Shown: positions 9,700-18,804 of the stretch, one piece after another
Layout: each line of letters opens with the position of its first letter
Position numbering within the stretch: position 1 is the first letter of the stretch
Source: an uncultured Eubacteriales bacterium
GTDB taxonomy: Bacteria > Bacillota > Clostridia > TANB77 > CAG-508
Assembly: GCA_963529075.1 (NCBI GenBank)
Contig: CAURYI010000001.1
Coordinates: 1-53,703, forward strand
Direction: 5' to 3'
DNA: 53,703 bases
The notes under the pieces: model-generated
Told to the model about the DNA's origin: nothing
What the model saw: the letters and a program-made list of their open reading frames with translations, nothing else
The model's database searches: none
Program-made: the position numbers and the translations under genes

Positions 9700-11094
9700 A
9701 TGCAAGATACAAATGATAAAATGAATGAATTAATGGATGCATTTAATAAAAAGTTAAAAACTAGAAGAATATTATTAATGTCTAAATATACAGATATCAC
9801 AGAAGCACCAATCAGCGTACAGGATGAAATATATACAATACAGACATTATTAAATATATTAGAAGTATCAGAATCGGATTATACAACGGAAAAAGTAAAA
9901 TCTTCAAATGAAATAGAAATAAATGTTACATTAATAGAAGAATATGAAAATAATCTGAAAAAATTTGATATTTTTAAAGAAATGAACTCATCAGACGTTT
10001 CAAAAAAAGATGAAAGCGAATATATCAAAAAAGAACAAGAAAAAATCAATAAAATACCCGTAAATCAATACACAATAAGAAAACAATTAATAAAAGAAAA
10101 ATATACAAACATCGAAAATGCACCACAAAGTATAATTGATGAATATAAAAATCTAGAAATTTTAATAAAGATGATTAATGAATCTAATAATGATGGGATT
10201 GAAAAAGAAGAAGCAGAAGATCAAACTAAAATTGATGTAAAAAATATAAAAATTTATAATTCAATATTGAAAATCAATAAAACATTACAAATTATAAATT
10301 CAAGACATTTACAACCACCAAAAAAAGTGATTGATGAAGCAATTGATAAAAAAATAGATGAACAAATAAATTCAATTCCAAATGATAGAGAAGAATTAAA
10401 AAGAAAAATCAGAGAAAATGAATTAAGAATAGATGCAATAACAAAATCATCAAAAATGATTTCGGATATAGATCAAACAATAAATATAAACACTGAAATT
10501 AAAAATTCAGTAAATTCAGAAGTAAAAGTAGAACAAAACATTAACATATCAGAACCACAAATTAAAGTAGAAAACACATCAGCTCCAATAGTTGAAGAAA
10601 TAAAAATCGAAAAAACAATAGAACCATTAGATGAGCAAGTTATTGATATCATTGATGCTGAACATGATGAAACAAATATAATAGAGCAAATATACCAAGC
10701 ACATTTAAAAATAGAAAATAAGCCGGACAAAGATGGTATAATTGTAGCAAAATCAGTACCTGTTGAGAAAAAAGAAGTTAAATTAGATGAAAAAGAAACT
10801 AAAGTAGAAGAAAAGAAATCACAAACACCTGAAAAAGTAGTAATGGCAGTACAAACCTTAATAAAAGGACAAGAAAAAACTTTAATTTCACCAGAATACA
10901 TTAAACAAAATGAAAAATCAGAAATATTCAAAAAAGTAGAAAAAGATATTAAAGAAGAGAAAGTATCAGTAAATCCAGTAAAGACAATAACAAAAAAAGA
11001 TTTAGAAGCAATATATGGACAAAGAAAAAATGAACCAGGATTTTATGAAGCAATTGATATAGTTAATGAAGCACTAGAAAAAGATAAAAAATAA
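9700..11094 (+). CDS. Hypothetical K/E/I/N-rich protein (464 aa)
   Basis: ATG at 9700 is preceded by GGAGGA at an ideal distance, so it is preferred over the track's TTG at 9682. Internal duplication: KYTDITEAPISVQDEIYTIQTLLNILE versus KYTNIENAPQSIIDEYKNLEILIKMINE. Confidence 0.6.
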   Translation: MQDTNDKMNELMDAFNKKLKTRRILLMSKYTDITEAPISVQDEIYTIQTLLNILEVSESDYTTEKVKSSNEIEINVTLIEEYENNLKKFDIFKEMNSSDVSKKDESEYIKKEQEKINKIPVNQYTIRKQLIKEKYTNIENAPQSIIDEYKNLEILIKMINESNNDGIEKEEAEDQTKIDVKNIKIYNSILKINKTLQIINSRHLQPPKKVIDEAIDKKIDEQINSIPNDREELKRKIRENELRIDAITKSSKMISDIDQTININTEIKNSVNSEVKVEQNINISEPQIKVENTSAPIVEEIKIEKTIEPLDEQVIDIIDAEHDETNIIEQIYQAHLKIENKPDKDGIIVAKSVPVEKKEVKLDEKETKVEEKKSQTPEKVVMAVQTLIKGQEKTLISPEYIKQNEKSEIFKKVEKDIKEEKVSVNPVKTITKKDLEAIYGQRKNEPGFYEAIDIVNEALEKDKK

Positions 11095-11111
11095 AACAAA
11101 AGAGGGTTAAT

Positions 11112-11582
11112 ATGAAATTAGCTTATAGACAAGCATGTAGTGAAGTAATTGAAGTCCTAAAACATACAGATTATTCAATAATAAACAATATTCCAATTAC
11201 ATTTATTAAATTTTTAAAAGTAAATTCAGATATGTATTATAAATCAAATATTGATTTTACATCAGAAGATTGGGCAAGCCAAATAAAGCCAGAAACAGGG
11301 TATTTATTATCAATAATGTATAGGGATTATGCAATAAATATGAGAGAAAGAGCCATATTAATGGGTTTGGAAGAAATAAACAAACAAGACATCATGGACA
11401 GAAAAGCTCAATTTGCAAAAAAAGAAGAAGAAAGCAAAACACAAAAATTTACTTCAAATGAAACATTATCAAAAAGAGAACCAATGGACCTAGCACTAAT
11501 AGATAAAGTTCCGTGGTACAAAAAACTCTATAAAAAAATATTCAAATTATTCAAAAACAAAGAAGATAGACATGCATTTTAA
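11112..11582 (+). CDS. Hypothetical protein (156 aa)
   Basis: GAGGG RBS. Lies 17 nt after the preceding gene and is followed by a strong terminator. Confidence 0.6.
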   Translation: MKLAYRQACSEVIEVLKHTDYSIINNIPITFIKFLKVNSDMYYKSNIDFTSEDWASQIKPETGYLLSIMYRDYAINMRERAILMGLEEINKQDIMDRKAQFAKKEEESKTQKFTSNETLSKREPMDLALIDKVPWYKKLYKKIFKLFKNKEDRHAF

Positions 11583-11584
11583 TA

Positions 11585-11611
11585 AAAATCCGGGAGATTC
11601 CCGGATTTTTT
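11585..11611 (+). terminator. Rho-independent terminator
   Basis: AAAATCCGGGA-GAT-TCCCGGATTTT followed by a T run. Confidence 0.85.
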
Positions 11612-11623
11612 AAAATTCAAGTA

Positions 11624-11652
11624 TTGACTTTTTAATAAAAAAAGATTAAAAT
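11624..11652 (+). promoter_or_regulatory. Promoter of tRNA-Leu
   Basis: TTGACT-17 nt-TAAAAT, ending 13 nt upstream of the tRNA 5' end. Confidence 0.65.
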
Positions 11653-11665
11653 TAAAAACATAAAT

Positions 11666-11749
11666 GCGGATGTGGCGGAATTGGTATACGCGCTGGTCTT
11701 AGGAACCAGTGCCAACGGCGTGGGGGTTCGAGTCCCTTCATCCGCACCA
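11666..11749 (+). tRNA. tRNA-Leu (anticodon UAG), long variable arm, CCA encoded
   Basis: 84 nt. Acceptor GCGGATG/CATCCGC. Anticodon stem CTGGT/ACCAG with loop CUUAGGA. Class II variable arm. Confidence 0.9.
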
Positions 11750-12158
11750 AATAAGTATCTGTTCGAATTTTTTGGAACAGACAATATGAAAATCAATCAG
11801 TAATGGTTGATTTTTTTTATGCAAAAAAAGTCGTACAATTTTTAAAGAAAATGAAATTTTTTGAAATGAAGGTAATTAAAGAAGATTTGTGATTTGAGAG
11901 AAACTGAAAGAAAAGACTTTAATTTATATATTAGTTTTCAAATGTTGTATTAATTTTATCAATAGTATTATAAGAAAAATTGATAAAATTAATATCACAT
12001 AGACTGAAAAACATAAATTAATTATAGAAAATATTACTTTTCTAGTTTTTAATTATTTTAACGGAGTTACATAATAGACAAGTCATATGATTTATGTTAC
12101 AATATATATGTATACATATTGTATATGTTCCAAAATAATTTGTGGCGGAGGAAACAAA

Positions 12159-12683
12159 ATGGGAAAAGTAACCAAATTTATTGTCGCGTGGGCTATTATA
12201 GCAACAATTGTATTCTGTGCATGGTCGACTGTGCGGATTGTAAAATTTGTGCAGTTTGATATGAATTGCACTCAATACATCAAGAGAGCAGCAGATGCTA
12301 ATACGGTTGAGCTTGCAAAGGAAGAACTTGCTAAAGCGATTTCTTATGCAGAGAAAAACAACTTGACAGAAGGTGTTGTGTCTATATTTCTACATCAGCC
12401 TGAAAATGATGTAGGATACTGGTACAAGAATATGACTCAGTCGTATTCAGAACTTGACAAGTTATCGGGAAATGCAACTTCTCTTGAAAAATCAAATGTT
12501 CTTATGAGGTTAAGAGAAGCATTAACTGACAATAATGAGTCAGGAGTTTCTGTCACGATTCCTGACGGAATAAGTATTTACCCTAAAAATATTGTATATT
12601 TTTGGTGGGGAATGCTTTCTTTTGTATTTTGTTTATGTTTCTGGTGTATTGCAATTATAGCTTGGTGGTTTAATTGGAACTAA
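12159..12683 (+). CDS. Hypothetical membrane protein (174 aa; N- and C-terminal TM helices), compositional outlier
   Basis: ATG at 12159 follows a GGAGGA RBS. The track's 12087 start has no RBS. TM segments are FIVAWAIIATIVFCAW and FWWGMLSFVFCLCFWCIAIIAWWF. Sampled GC is about 37%. Confidence 0.65.
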   Translation: MGKVTKFIVAWAIIATIVFCAWSTVRIVKFVQFDMNCTQYIKRAADANTVELAKEELAKAISYAEKNNLTEGVVSIFLHQPENDVGYWYKNMTQSYSELDKLSGNATSLEKSNVLMRLREALTDNNESGVSVTIPDGISIYPKNIVYFWWGMLSFVFCLCFWCIAIIAWWFNWN

Positions 12684-12684
12684 T

Positions 12685-12732
12685 AGGAGACAGAATTGTC
12701 TCCTACCCCCTGTGAAAGCAGGGGGATTTTTT
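12685..12732 (+). terminator. Tandem hairpin terminator
   Basis: AGGAGACA-GAAT-TGTCTCCT is directly followed by CCCCCTG-TGAAAG-CAGGGGG and then ATTTTTT. Confidence 0.8.
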
Positions 12733-12949
12733 GTATTATCTTATTGAATTTTGTTTAAATAATGCTTTAATAAAGAAAAACAATTGATTTTTATAGGAAT
12801 TGCCAATAGAGCCAGCAAGCTGTAAATTTTTAAATTGTTGGTACCACATAAAAGTTCTTCGGAACTCTTTTTTTTGCCATCATTACTAAAAATAAATCAT
12901 TGTAAATAAAAAATAATTATGAGATAATATGAGCATAGGAGAACAAAAG

Positions 12950-13786
12950 ATGTTATTAGAGAGTTTTATAGCAATGTATGGAATTTCTTTTTTTGCGACA
13001 AAGGCAATATATACAAAATTAGATAAATCAAAAGAAATCCATGAAGAAGCTTTAAATCAAGGTTTATATCACATAACTAGTGAGGAAAATTGTGATAAGA
13101 TATTAGAAAGTGGCCATATAAAGCCAAGTAATATAATATCATCATTAGGCAGAAGGAAAACATTTTTTTTTGCAGGAACACCGAATTTTGATTCTCTATC
13201 TCAAAATGTAAGTATAACTCAATACGAATTTAATGCAATAAAAGTTAAACTAACAGAAGAGCAGCTAAAACATTATAAAGTAAGAAAATATATAGATAAT
13301 GCAGTAATATATGACGGGCAATGCAATTTAGATGATAAGCAAGTAGAAAAAGTAAAATTGGTTTTAGATATTGATAAAAATGGAAAAGTTTTTTCTAGAG
13401 AAAAAGGAAAAGACGAAGATTACCATCCAAGCAAAGAGCTTTTGGAAAAAATAAATTTATCTAAAACAGGAAGATTTAAAAATTCAATAATTCAAGTAGG
13501 AAAATATTTGGGGTCAATTGCAACAGGTATGTTAGAAATGGGAAAAGATGCAATCAATAATGTTTTTCCAAGAAAAGAAGAAGCAAAATTATTAGCAGAA
13601 AAAAATCTTGAAATAGAAAAAAGTGAAAAAGAAAAATATTTGGAATCATTAAGAATGCCAGAAACAATAATTAGAGAAAGTGAAAGAGCTGGAATAGAAT
13701 ATGCAAAAACAAAAGAAGAAAAAAATAATGACAAAGACCAAATAAGAGAAGTTAACTTGTTGGGAGATGTATATGAAAAAAATTAG
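12950..13786 (+). CDS. Hypothetical protein with a hydrophobic N-terminus and a LYHITS...ILESGHIKPS motif
   Basis: ATG at 12950 is preceded by AGGAGA, whereas 12929 lacks an RBS. The 3' end overlaps the next gene by 14 nt. Confidence 0.6.
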   Translation: MLLESFIAMYGISFFATKAIYTKLDKSKEIHEEALNQGLYHITSEENCDKILESGHIKPSNIISSLGRRKTFFFAGTPNFDSLSQNVSITQYEFNAIKVKLTEEQLKHYKVRKYIDNAVIYDGQCNLDDKQVEKVKLVLDIDKNGKVFSREKGKDEDYHPSKELLEKINLSKTGRFKNSIIQVGKYLGSIATGMLEMGKDAINNVFPRKEEAKLLAEKNLEIEKSEKEKYLESLRMPETIIRESERAGIEYAKTKEEKNNDKDQIREVNLLGDVYEKN

Positions 13787-14261
13787 CAAAATATTAATAT
13801 TAGGAGGGTCTGGTTCTGGAAAGACTACATTGGCAGACAAATTAAAAAAAATATTCGAATTGCCAATTATAAATCTAGATAATATAAATTATAAAAAAGA
13901 CTGGATTTCAAGGGATAAAAAAGAAAGAGATAATATCATTCAAAGAAAAATAAATGAAGATGAATGGATTATGGAAGGTGTATATAAATCAACCTTAAAG
14001 CAAAGGGCAGATGTTGCTGATTTAATTATATTTTTAGAACATCCTACATATTATTTGATATTTCGAATAATAAAAAGATACATATGTAATTTGGAAAAAG
14101 AAAAGAAAGAATTAGATGGATGTAAAGAGAGATTAAATTGGAATTTTATAAAATATACATTGCTTTTTAATTCAAAGAAAAAAAGTATATATGAAATACT
14201 TAATAAAGTTGAAAATATAGATAACAAATTAATTATATTCAAAAATGGTAGAATTTCTTAA
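13773..14261 (+). CDS. Small P-loop NTPase (adenylate-kinase-fold, topology-modulation-protein-like)
   Basis: N-terminal Walker A ILILGGSGSGKTTLA. About 162 aa. GGGAGA RBS 5 nt before the ATG at 13773. Confidence 0.65.
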   Translation: MKKISKILILGGSGSGKTTLADKLKKIFELPIINLDNINYKKDWISRDKKERDNIIQRKINEDEWIMEGVYKSTLKQRADVADLIIFLEHPTYYLIFRIIKRYICNLEKEKKELDGCKERLNWNFIKYTLLFNSKKKSIYEILNKVENIDNKLIIFKNGRIS

Positions 14262-14349
14262 AGAAAAGAATAAATAAAAATTACTTTAATTGATTTAAGA
14301 AATAAAAAAGATAATTGTAACTTAATATCAATATCGGAGGAAATAAATT

Positions 14350-15150
14350 ATGAATTATCAGGAATTAGAAATCAAGATATTAAATATCGATAAAGAACAA
14401 ATTAAAAAGAAATTATTAGAAATAGGAGCAGAATTTAAAAAAAGTCGAATACAAAAAATATACACATATGACTGTTATAGCCCAATTCTAATGTATAAAT
14501 TAGCGATTGGTGATTATAAAATAACTAATTCAAAAAATTCTTTACAAAAACTAATAAACATTATTTCTTATATCAAGCCAACATTTACTCAAGAAGAAAA
14601 AATATATTTTAAAGAAAAATTAGGATTTGATGAAATAGATAAATATATAGAAACTAATATAAATAATATTGATATTTCAAAACTAGAAGATGAAAAGTTA
14701 CTTAAGATCATTGAAGATACAGGCAATAGATTCTTCAAATGGATTAGATTAAGGCAAGATGGTGAGAAAGTAGAAATAACAATAAAATACATATATAGCA
14801 ATAAAGCAAATTATCAAATAGATGATGTCAAAGAGGTAGAAATTAACACAAACAATTTTGAAGTAGCAAATAAACTCATTGAAGAAATGGGATATTATAG
14901 AAAAAAACTAGCAGAGAAGAAAAGAGATACTTATTCATATAGAGGCATGGATATAGAAATAGATGAATGGCCACTTTTAGAACCATATATCGAAATAGAA
15001 GGACCCAGTGCTGAAGAAATATATGAACTAGCAAAATTGCTAGGGTATTCAAAAGAACAAACAAGAGTAATGAACACAGAAGATGTATATCTTGAAAAAG
15101 GCATAGACTTATCAAAATATGAAGAAATGACATTTAATATACAAAAATAA
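14350..15150 (+). CDS. CYTH-domain (triphosphate tunnel metalloenzyme / CyaB-like) protein with a large internal insertion
   Basis: N-terminal ELEIKIL strand, then WIRLRQDGEKVEITIK, then MDIEIDEWPLLEPYIEIEG (acidic CYTH strands). About 80 extra residues lie between strands 2 and 3. Confidence 0.6.
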   Translation: MNYQELEIKILNIDKEQIKKKLLEIGAEFKKSRIQKIYTYDCYSPILMYKLAIGDYKITNSKNSLQKLINIISYIKPTFTQEEKIYFKEKLGFDEIDKYIETNINNIDISKLEDEKLLKIIEDTGNRFFKWIRLRQDGEKVEITIKYIYSNKANYQIDDVKEVEINTNNFEVANKLIEEMGYYRKKLAEKKRDTYSYRGMDIEIDEWPLLEPYIEIEGPSAEEIYELAKLLGYSKEQTRVMNTEDVYLEKGIDLSKYEEMTFNIQK

Positions 15151-15176
15151 AAAAGCGATGCAAATGCATCGCTTTT
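15151..15176. terminator. Bidirectional terminator (CYTH gene / tRNA-Thr)
   Basis: AAAAGCGATGCA-AA-TGCATCGCTTTT. Confidence 0.8.
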
Positions 15177-15180
15177 GAAA

Positions 15181-15256
15181 TGGAGCCAATAGGCAGAATC
15201 AAACTGCCGACCTACGGGTTACGAATCCGTTGCTCTATCGACTGAGCTATATTGGC
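15181..15256 (-). tRNA. tRNA-Thr (anticodon CGU), CCA encoded
   Basis: 76 nt. Acceptor GCCAATA/TATTGGC. Anticodon loop UUCGUAA. T-stem GGCAG/CTGCC. D-loop and T-loop are unusual (see findings). Confidence 0.8.
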
Positions 15257-15285
15257 AAAACTAAAATAATTATATAACAAAAAAT

Positions 15286-15327
15286 AAAAACAATCCACAA
15301 ATTGTTCTAAAAATGTGGATTGTTTTT
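15286..15327. terminator. Terminator downstream of the aminopeptidase (pseudo)gene
   Basis: AAAAACAATCCACA...TGTGGATTGTTTTT inverted repeat. Confidence 0.65.
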
Positions 15328-15351
15328 AAAAATATAGCTAAATATAAATTT

Positions 15352-16743
15352 TTAATTATTGAAGAAAGCTAAATAGCCTCTATAAGCAGTATAAATATCA
15401 TATTTACTAGTCAATTCATAAGGAGAATGCATTGATAAAACTGGAACGCCACAATCAATAACATCGACACCACGATTAGCTAAAATATAAGCAATAGTAC
15501 CGCCACCACCAACATCAACTTTACCAAGTTCGGTAATTTGGAACTTAATGTTGTTGTTATTAAATAAAGTTCTAATTTCAGAAACAAACTCAGCATTAGC
15601 ATCAGAAGCATTGTATTTTCCACCAGAACCAGTATATTTATTTAAACTCATACCATGTCCCATAAAAGCACCATTATTCATATCAGAAACTTCAGAATAA
15701 AGAGGATCAACACCCGCATCAACATCAGCAGAAAGCATCTTTGAGTTACAGAAAACTTTATCAAGTAAGTTAGGACGATTAATACCTAACTTATTCAAAA
15801 GTTCAGCAACAAAAGTAGCAAAAACATTTGATTCCATACCAGTATTACCCATACTACCAATCTCTTCTTTATCAGAAAATAGGCAAACAGCAGTCCTTTT
15901 AGGATTATTAACATTTAGAATAGCTCTTAAAGAAGTATAAACACAAACTTTATCATCCTGACCATAACCAGCAACCATTGATTCATCAAAACCAGAGCTT
16001 CTAGCCTTAAAAGCAGGAACAATTTCAAGTTCACTACTAATAAAATCTTCTTCAGTAATACCATATTTTTTATTTAAAATTCTTAAAATGTTTAATTTAA
16101 CTGCATCTTTTTCTTCTTCACCATCATCCTTAACCGCAGGAATATTTCCAATAGACAAATCCAGTTTTTCCCCAGGAATAGCTTCAGACAATTTTTTAGA
16201 AGATTGATCCTTAGCAAGATGAGGAAGTAAATCAGTAATAACAAAAACAGGGTCAGAATCATCTTCACCAATTTTAACTGTAATTTTCTCACCAGACTTA
16301 GTAAATATAACTCCATGAATGGCAAGAGGAATAGTAGTCCACTGATATTTCTTAATACCACCATAATAATGAGTATTCAAAAAAGCCATATTGCCAGCTT
16401 GATATAAAGGATTTGGCTTTAAATCAAGTCTAGGAGAATCAGCGTGAGCACCGATAATATTGATACCATTTTACATAGAATCCTCACCAATAACAGCTAA
16501 AAATAAGTTTTTACATCTATTAACAAAATAAACTTTATCACCGATTTTAAGTTCAGTTTTTGAAGAAATGTCAACAAAACCATTTTCTTGAGCGATTTTT
16601 AGGGAAGTCTCCACAATCTCTCTTTCTGTTTTTGAATGATTCAAAAAATGCATATATTCATCAGCAAACTTAAAAATATTGCTTTTATCATCATCAGAAA
16701 TATTAATCCAACCAGATTTATTTTCATATAATAAATTATCCAT
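15352..16743 (-). pseudogene. M18-family aminopeptidase interrupted by a single in-frame TAA
   Basis: ORFs 16471-16743 and 15352-16389 are in the same frame. Reading through the stop at 16471-16473 gives ...GEDSM*NGINIIGAHADSPRLDLKPNPLYQAGNMAFLNTHYYGG..., a continuous M18 sequence. Confidence 0.8.
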
Positions 16744-16808
16744 AATATCATCCTTTCTTTTGTGCGATTTAATAAAGTTATATCATAAGAAATTCAAAAA
16801 ATAAAGAT

Positions 16809-16837
16809 TTGCTTTATTAATTAATTTTTTGTATAAT
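16809..16837 (+). promoter_or_regulatory. Promoter of the VanW-like gene
   Basis: TTGCTT-17 nt-TATAAT. The track's ATG at 16839 sits 2 nt after the -10 box, so it cannot be the start codon. Confidence 0.55.
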
Positions 16838-16865
16838 TATGACGATAAAAAGAGAGGGAATTTGC

Positions 16866-18515
16866 ATGAGTAAGAAAAACCAAAAGAGAAAGGTTAAAAT
16901 AGAAAAACTTAACGAAGAAGATGCAAAAGTTTTTGAAAGAGCAGAGAAAATAGTAAAAATGTATAATAAAAAGAGAAACACTGCAATACTAGCAGCAATA
17001 ACAATACTAGCTGTTTTAGCAGCAATTGTAATCGTATTTTCTACAATATTCGCAATAATGAATTTCAATAACACAAAAATTATAAAAGGTGTATCAATTT
17101 TAGGCGAAGATGTATCAAATTTATCAAAAGCTGAAGCAATAAATAAGATAAATCAAAAAATATCTGAAAGAATTACAACAGATATAGTATTAAAACATAA
17201 TGAAGAAACATATAGTTTCTTACCAGAACAAATAGAGCTAAAATTCAATGTAGAAGAAGCAGTTGAAAAAGCCCATGAATTAGGAAGAAATGGGGATATA
17301 TTTACAAACAACTTTACTATATTAACAACAGATAGAAATAAAAAAGATTTCAATGTAAATGTAACAATAAATCAAGACAAGTTACAGGAATTAATGAACG
17401 AAATAAATGAAAAGTTTGCAGACGGAATAAAGCAACCAACTTACAGCGTAGACGGAAATACATTAACAATAACAGCTGGAACAACTGGAGCAATTGCAGA
17501 CGTTAACAAATTAGCCAATTTAATAGTAGAAAAGGAAAAAGCAAATGAATTTTCTACAGATTCAATTGAAATACCAACAACACAAAAAGAACCAGATGCA
17601 ATTGACATAGACAAAGTACACAATGAAATCTATAAAAGCCCAGTAGATGCAACATTTACAAGAAATCCATACAAAATAACATCATCTGAAACAGGATTGG
17701 ATTTTGCAATAAGCGTCGATGAAGCAAAAGAAATGCTAAAAGAAAACAAATCAGAATATAAGATAAAATTAAAAACTCTATACCCATCAGTAACAACTGA
17801 CTCAATTACAGCAGAAGCATTTCCAGACTTAATAGCATCATTTAGTACAAGTTTTGCATCAAGTAATGCTAATAGAGCAACGAATGTAATATTAGCAACA
17901 GCCAGATTTAATGGAAAAGTAATAATGCCAGGTGAAAAACTATCATTCAACTCAACAGTTGGTAAAAGAACGCCTGCTAGAGGATATAAAGAAGCCGCAG
18001 TATATGTAAATGGTGAAACATCAACAGACTATGGCGGAGGAATATGCCAAGTATCAAGTACACTATATAATGCAACATTAAGAGCAAATTTAGGAATTAG
18101 TGACAGAAGTAATCACATGTTCACAGTCGGATATGTACCAATTGGAACAGATGCAACAGTATCATGGGGAGCACCGGATTTTGTATTTAAAAACACAAGA
18201 AACTATCCAATCAAAATCGTAGCCACATCATCAGGAAGAATAGTAAATTTCAAAATTTATGGACTAAAAGAAGATGCTGATTATGATATTGAAGTAAAAT
18301 CAACAAAGACAGGAACAATACCATTTAAAACAACATATACAACAGATCCAACATTACCAAAAGGAACAGAAAAAATAATACAAAAAGGATCAAATGGATC
18401 AACTTCAATAACTTATAAAATCTATAAGAAAAACGGCGCAACCATTAAGACAGAAGTGTTATCACGTGACAGTTACAATCCACACAATCAAATAATTGCA
18501 CGCGGAACAAAATGA
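16866..18515 (+). CDS. VanW/YoaR-family protein with N-terminal TM anchor and C-terminal G5-like domain
   Basis: ATG at 16866 follows a GAGAGGGA RBS. TM segment is AILAAITILAVLAAIVIVFSTIFAI. VanW core GGGICQVSSTLYNA. C-terminal TEKIIQKGSNGSTSITYKIYKKNG...ARGTK. Confidence 0.8.
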   Translation: MSKKNQKRKVKIEKLNEEDAKVFERAEKIVKMYNKKRNTAILAAITILAVLAAIVIVFSTIFAIMNFNNTKIIKGVSILGEDVSNLSKAEAINKINQKISERITTDIVLKHNEETYSFLPEQIELKFNVEEAVEKAHELGRNGDIFTNNFTILTTDRNKKDFNVNVTINQDKLQELMNEINEKFADGIKQPTYSVDGNTLTITAGTTGAIADVNKLANLIVEKEKANEFSTDSIEIPTTQKEPDAIDIDKVHNEIYKSPVDATFTRNPYKITSSETGLDFAISVDEAKEMLKENKSEYKIKLKTLYPSVTTDSITAEAFPDLIASFSTSFASSNANRATNVILATARFNGKVIMPGEKLSFNSTVGKRTPARGYKEAAVYVNGETSTDYGGGICQVSSTLYNATLRANLGISDRSNHMFTVGYVPIGTDATVSWGAPDFVFKNTRNYPIKIVATSSGRIVNFKIYGLKEDADYDIEVKSTKTGTIPFKTTYTTDPTLPKGTEKIIQKGSNGSTSITYKIYKKNGATIKTEVLSRDSYNPHNQIIARGTK

Positions 18516-18534
18516 AAATATTAAAATAATAACA

Positions 18535-18570
18535 AAAACCAGTAAAATTATAACAATTTTACTGGTTTTT
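18535..18570 (+). terminator. Rho-independent terminator
   Basis: 11-bp stem CCAGTAAAATT/AATTTTACTGG flanked by A4 and T5. Confidence 0.8.
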
Positions 18571-18754
18571 AATTGTTTTATAGATCATACAAAAAGTTAT
18601 TAATATATAGCTAAGTAAGAGTAAGATATAATATAAAAAAGCAAATGAGTAAAAAACATTTTTTATATTTAATAATATATTCAACAGAAATCAATATTAA
18701 AAATGATAATAATATTATTAAAAAATAAAGAATTGTAAAATGAAACTGAATTTA

Positions 18755-18783
18755 TTGATACCTACTATACAGTTTGATAAAAT
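18755..18783 (+). promoter_or_regulatory. pyrBI promoter (extended -10)
   Basis: TTGATA-17 nt-TAAAAT, with TGA immediately upstream of the -10 box. Confidence 0.55.
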
Positions 18784-18804
18784 GACAACAAAAGGAGGTC
18801 AATT

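Noticed and set aside
12106-12119. 14-bp perfect palindrome ATATGTATACATAT upstream of the membrane-protein gene
   Set aside because: Alternating TA-rich palindromes of this length are expected by chance in DNA at about 25% GC. There is no second copy or partner regulator.
12852-12875. Orphan hairpin with a T8 run (AGTTC-TTCG-GAACT) that might end a small RNA
   Set aside because: The stem is only 5 bp with 2 G-C pairs. No convincing promoter lies upstream, so the evidence is too weak to call.
16471-16473. Idea that in-frame TAA codons (aminopeptidase, MarR remnant) reflect stop-codon reassignment
   Set aside because: TAA terminates many well-defined genes here, including the adhesin, pyrB, pyrI, rpoB and the cysK-like gene. 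TGA and TAG also act as stops, for example in plsC and ddl. Standard code 11 fits everything else.
18571-18804. Search for a PyrR-binding attenuator or riboswitch in the pyrBI leader
   Set aside because: I could find no PyrR binding loop (…UCCAGAGAGG…) and no terminator/antiterminator pair. Only a plausible promoter is present.
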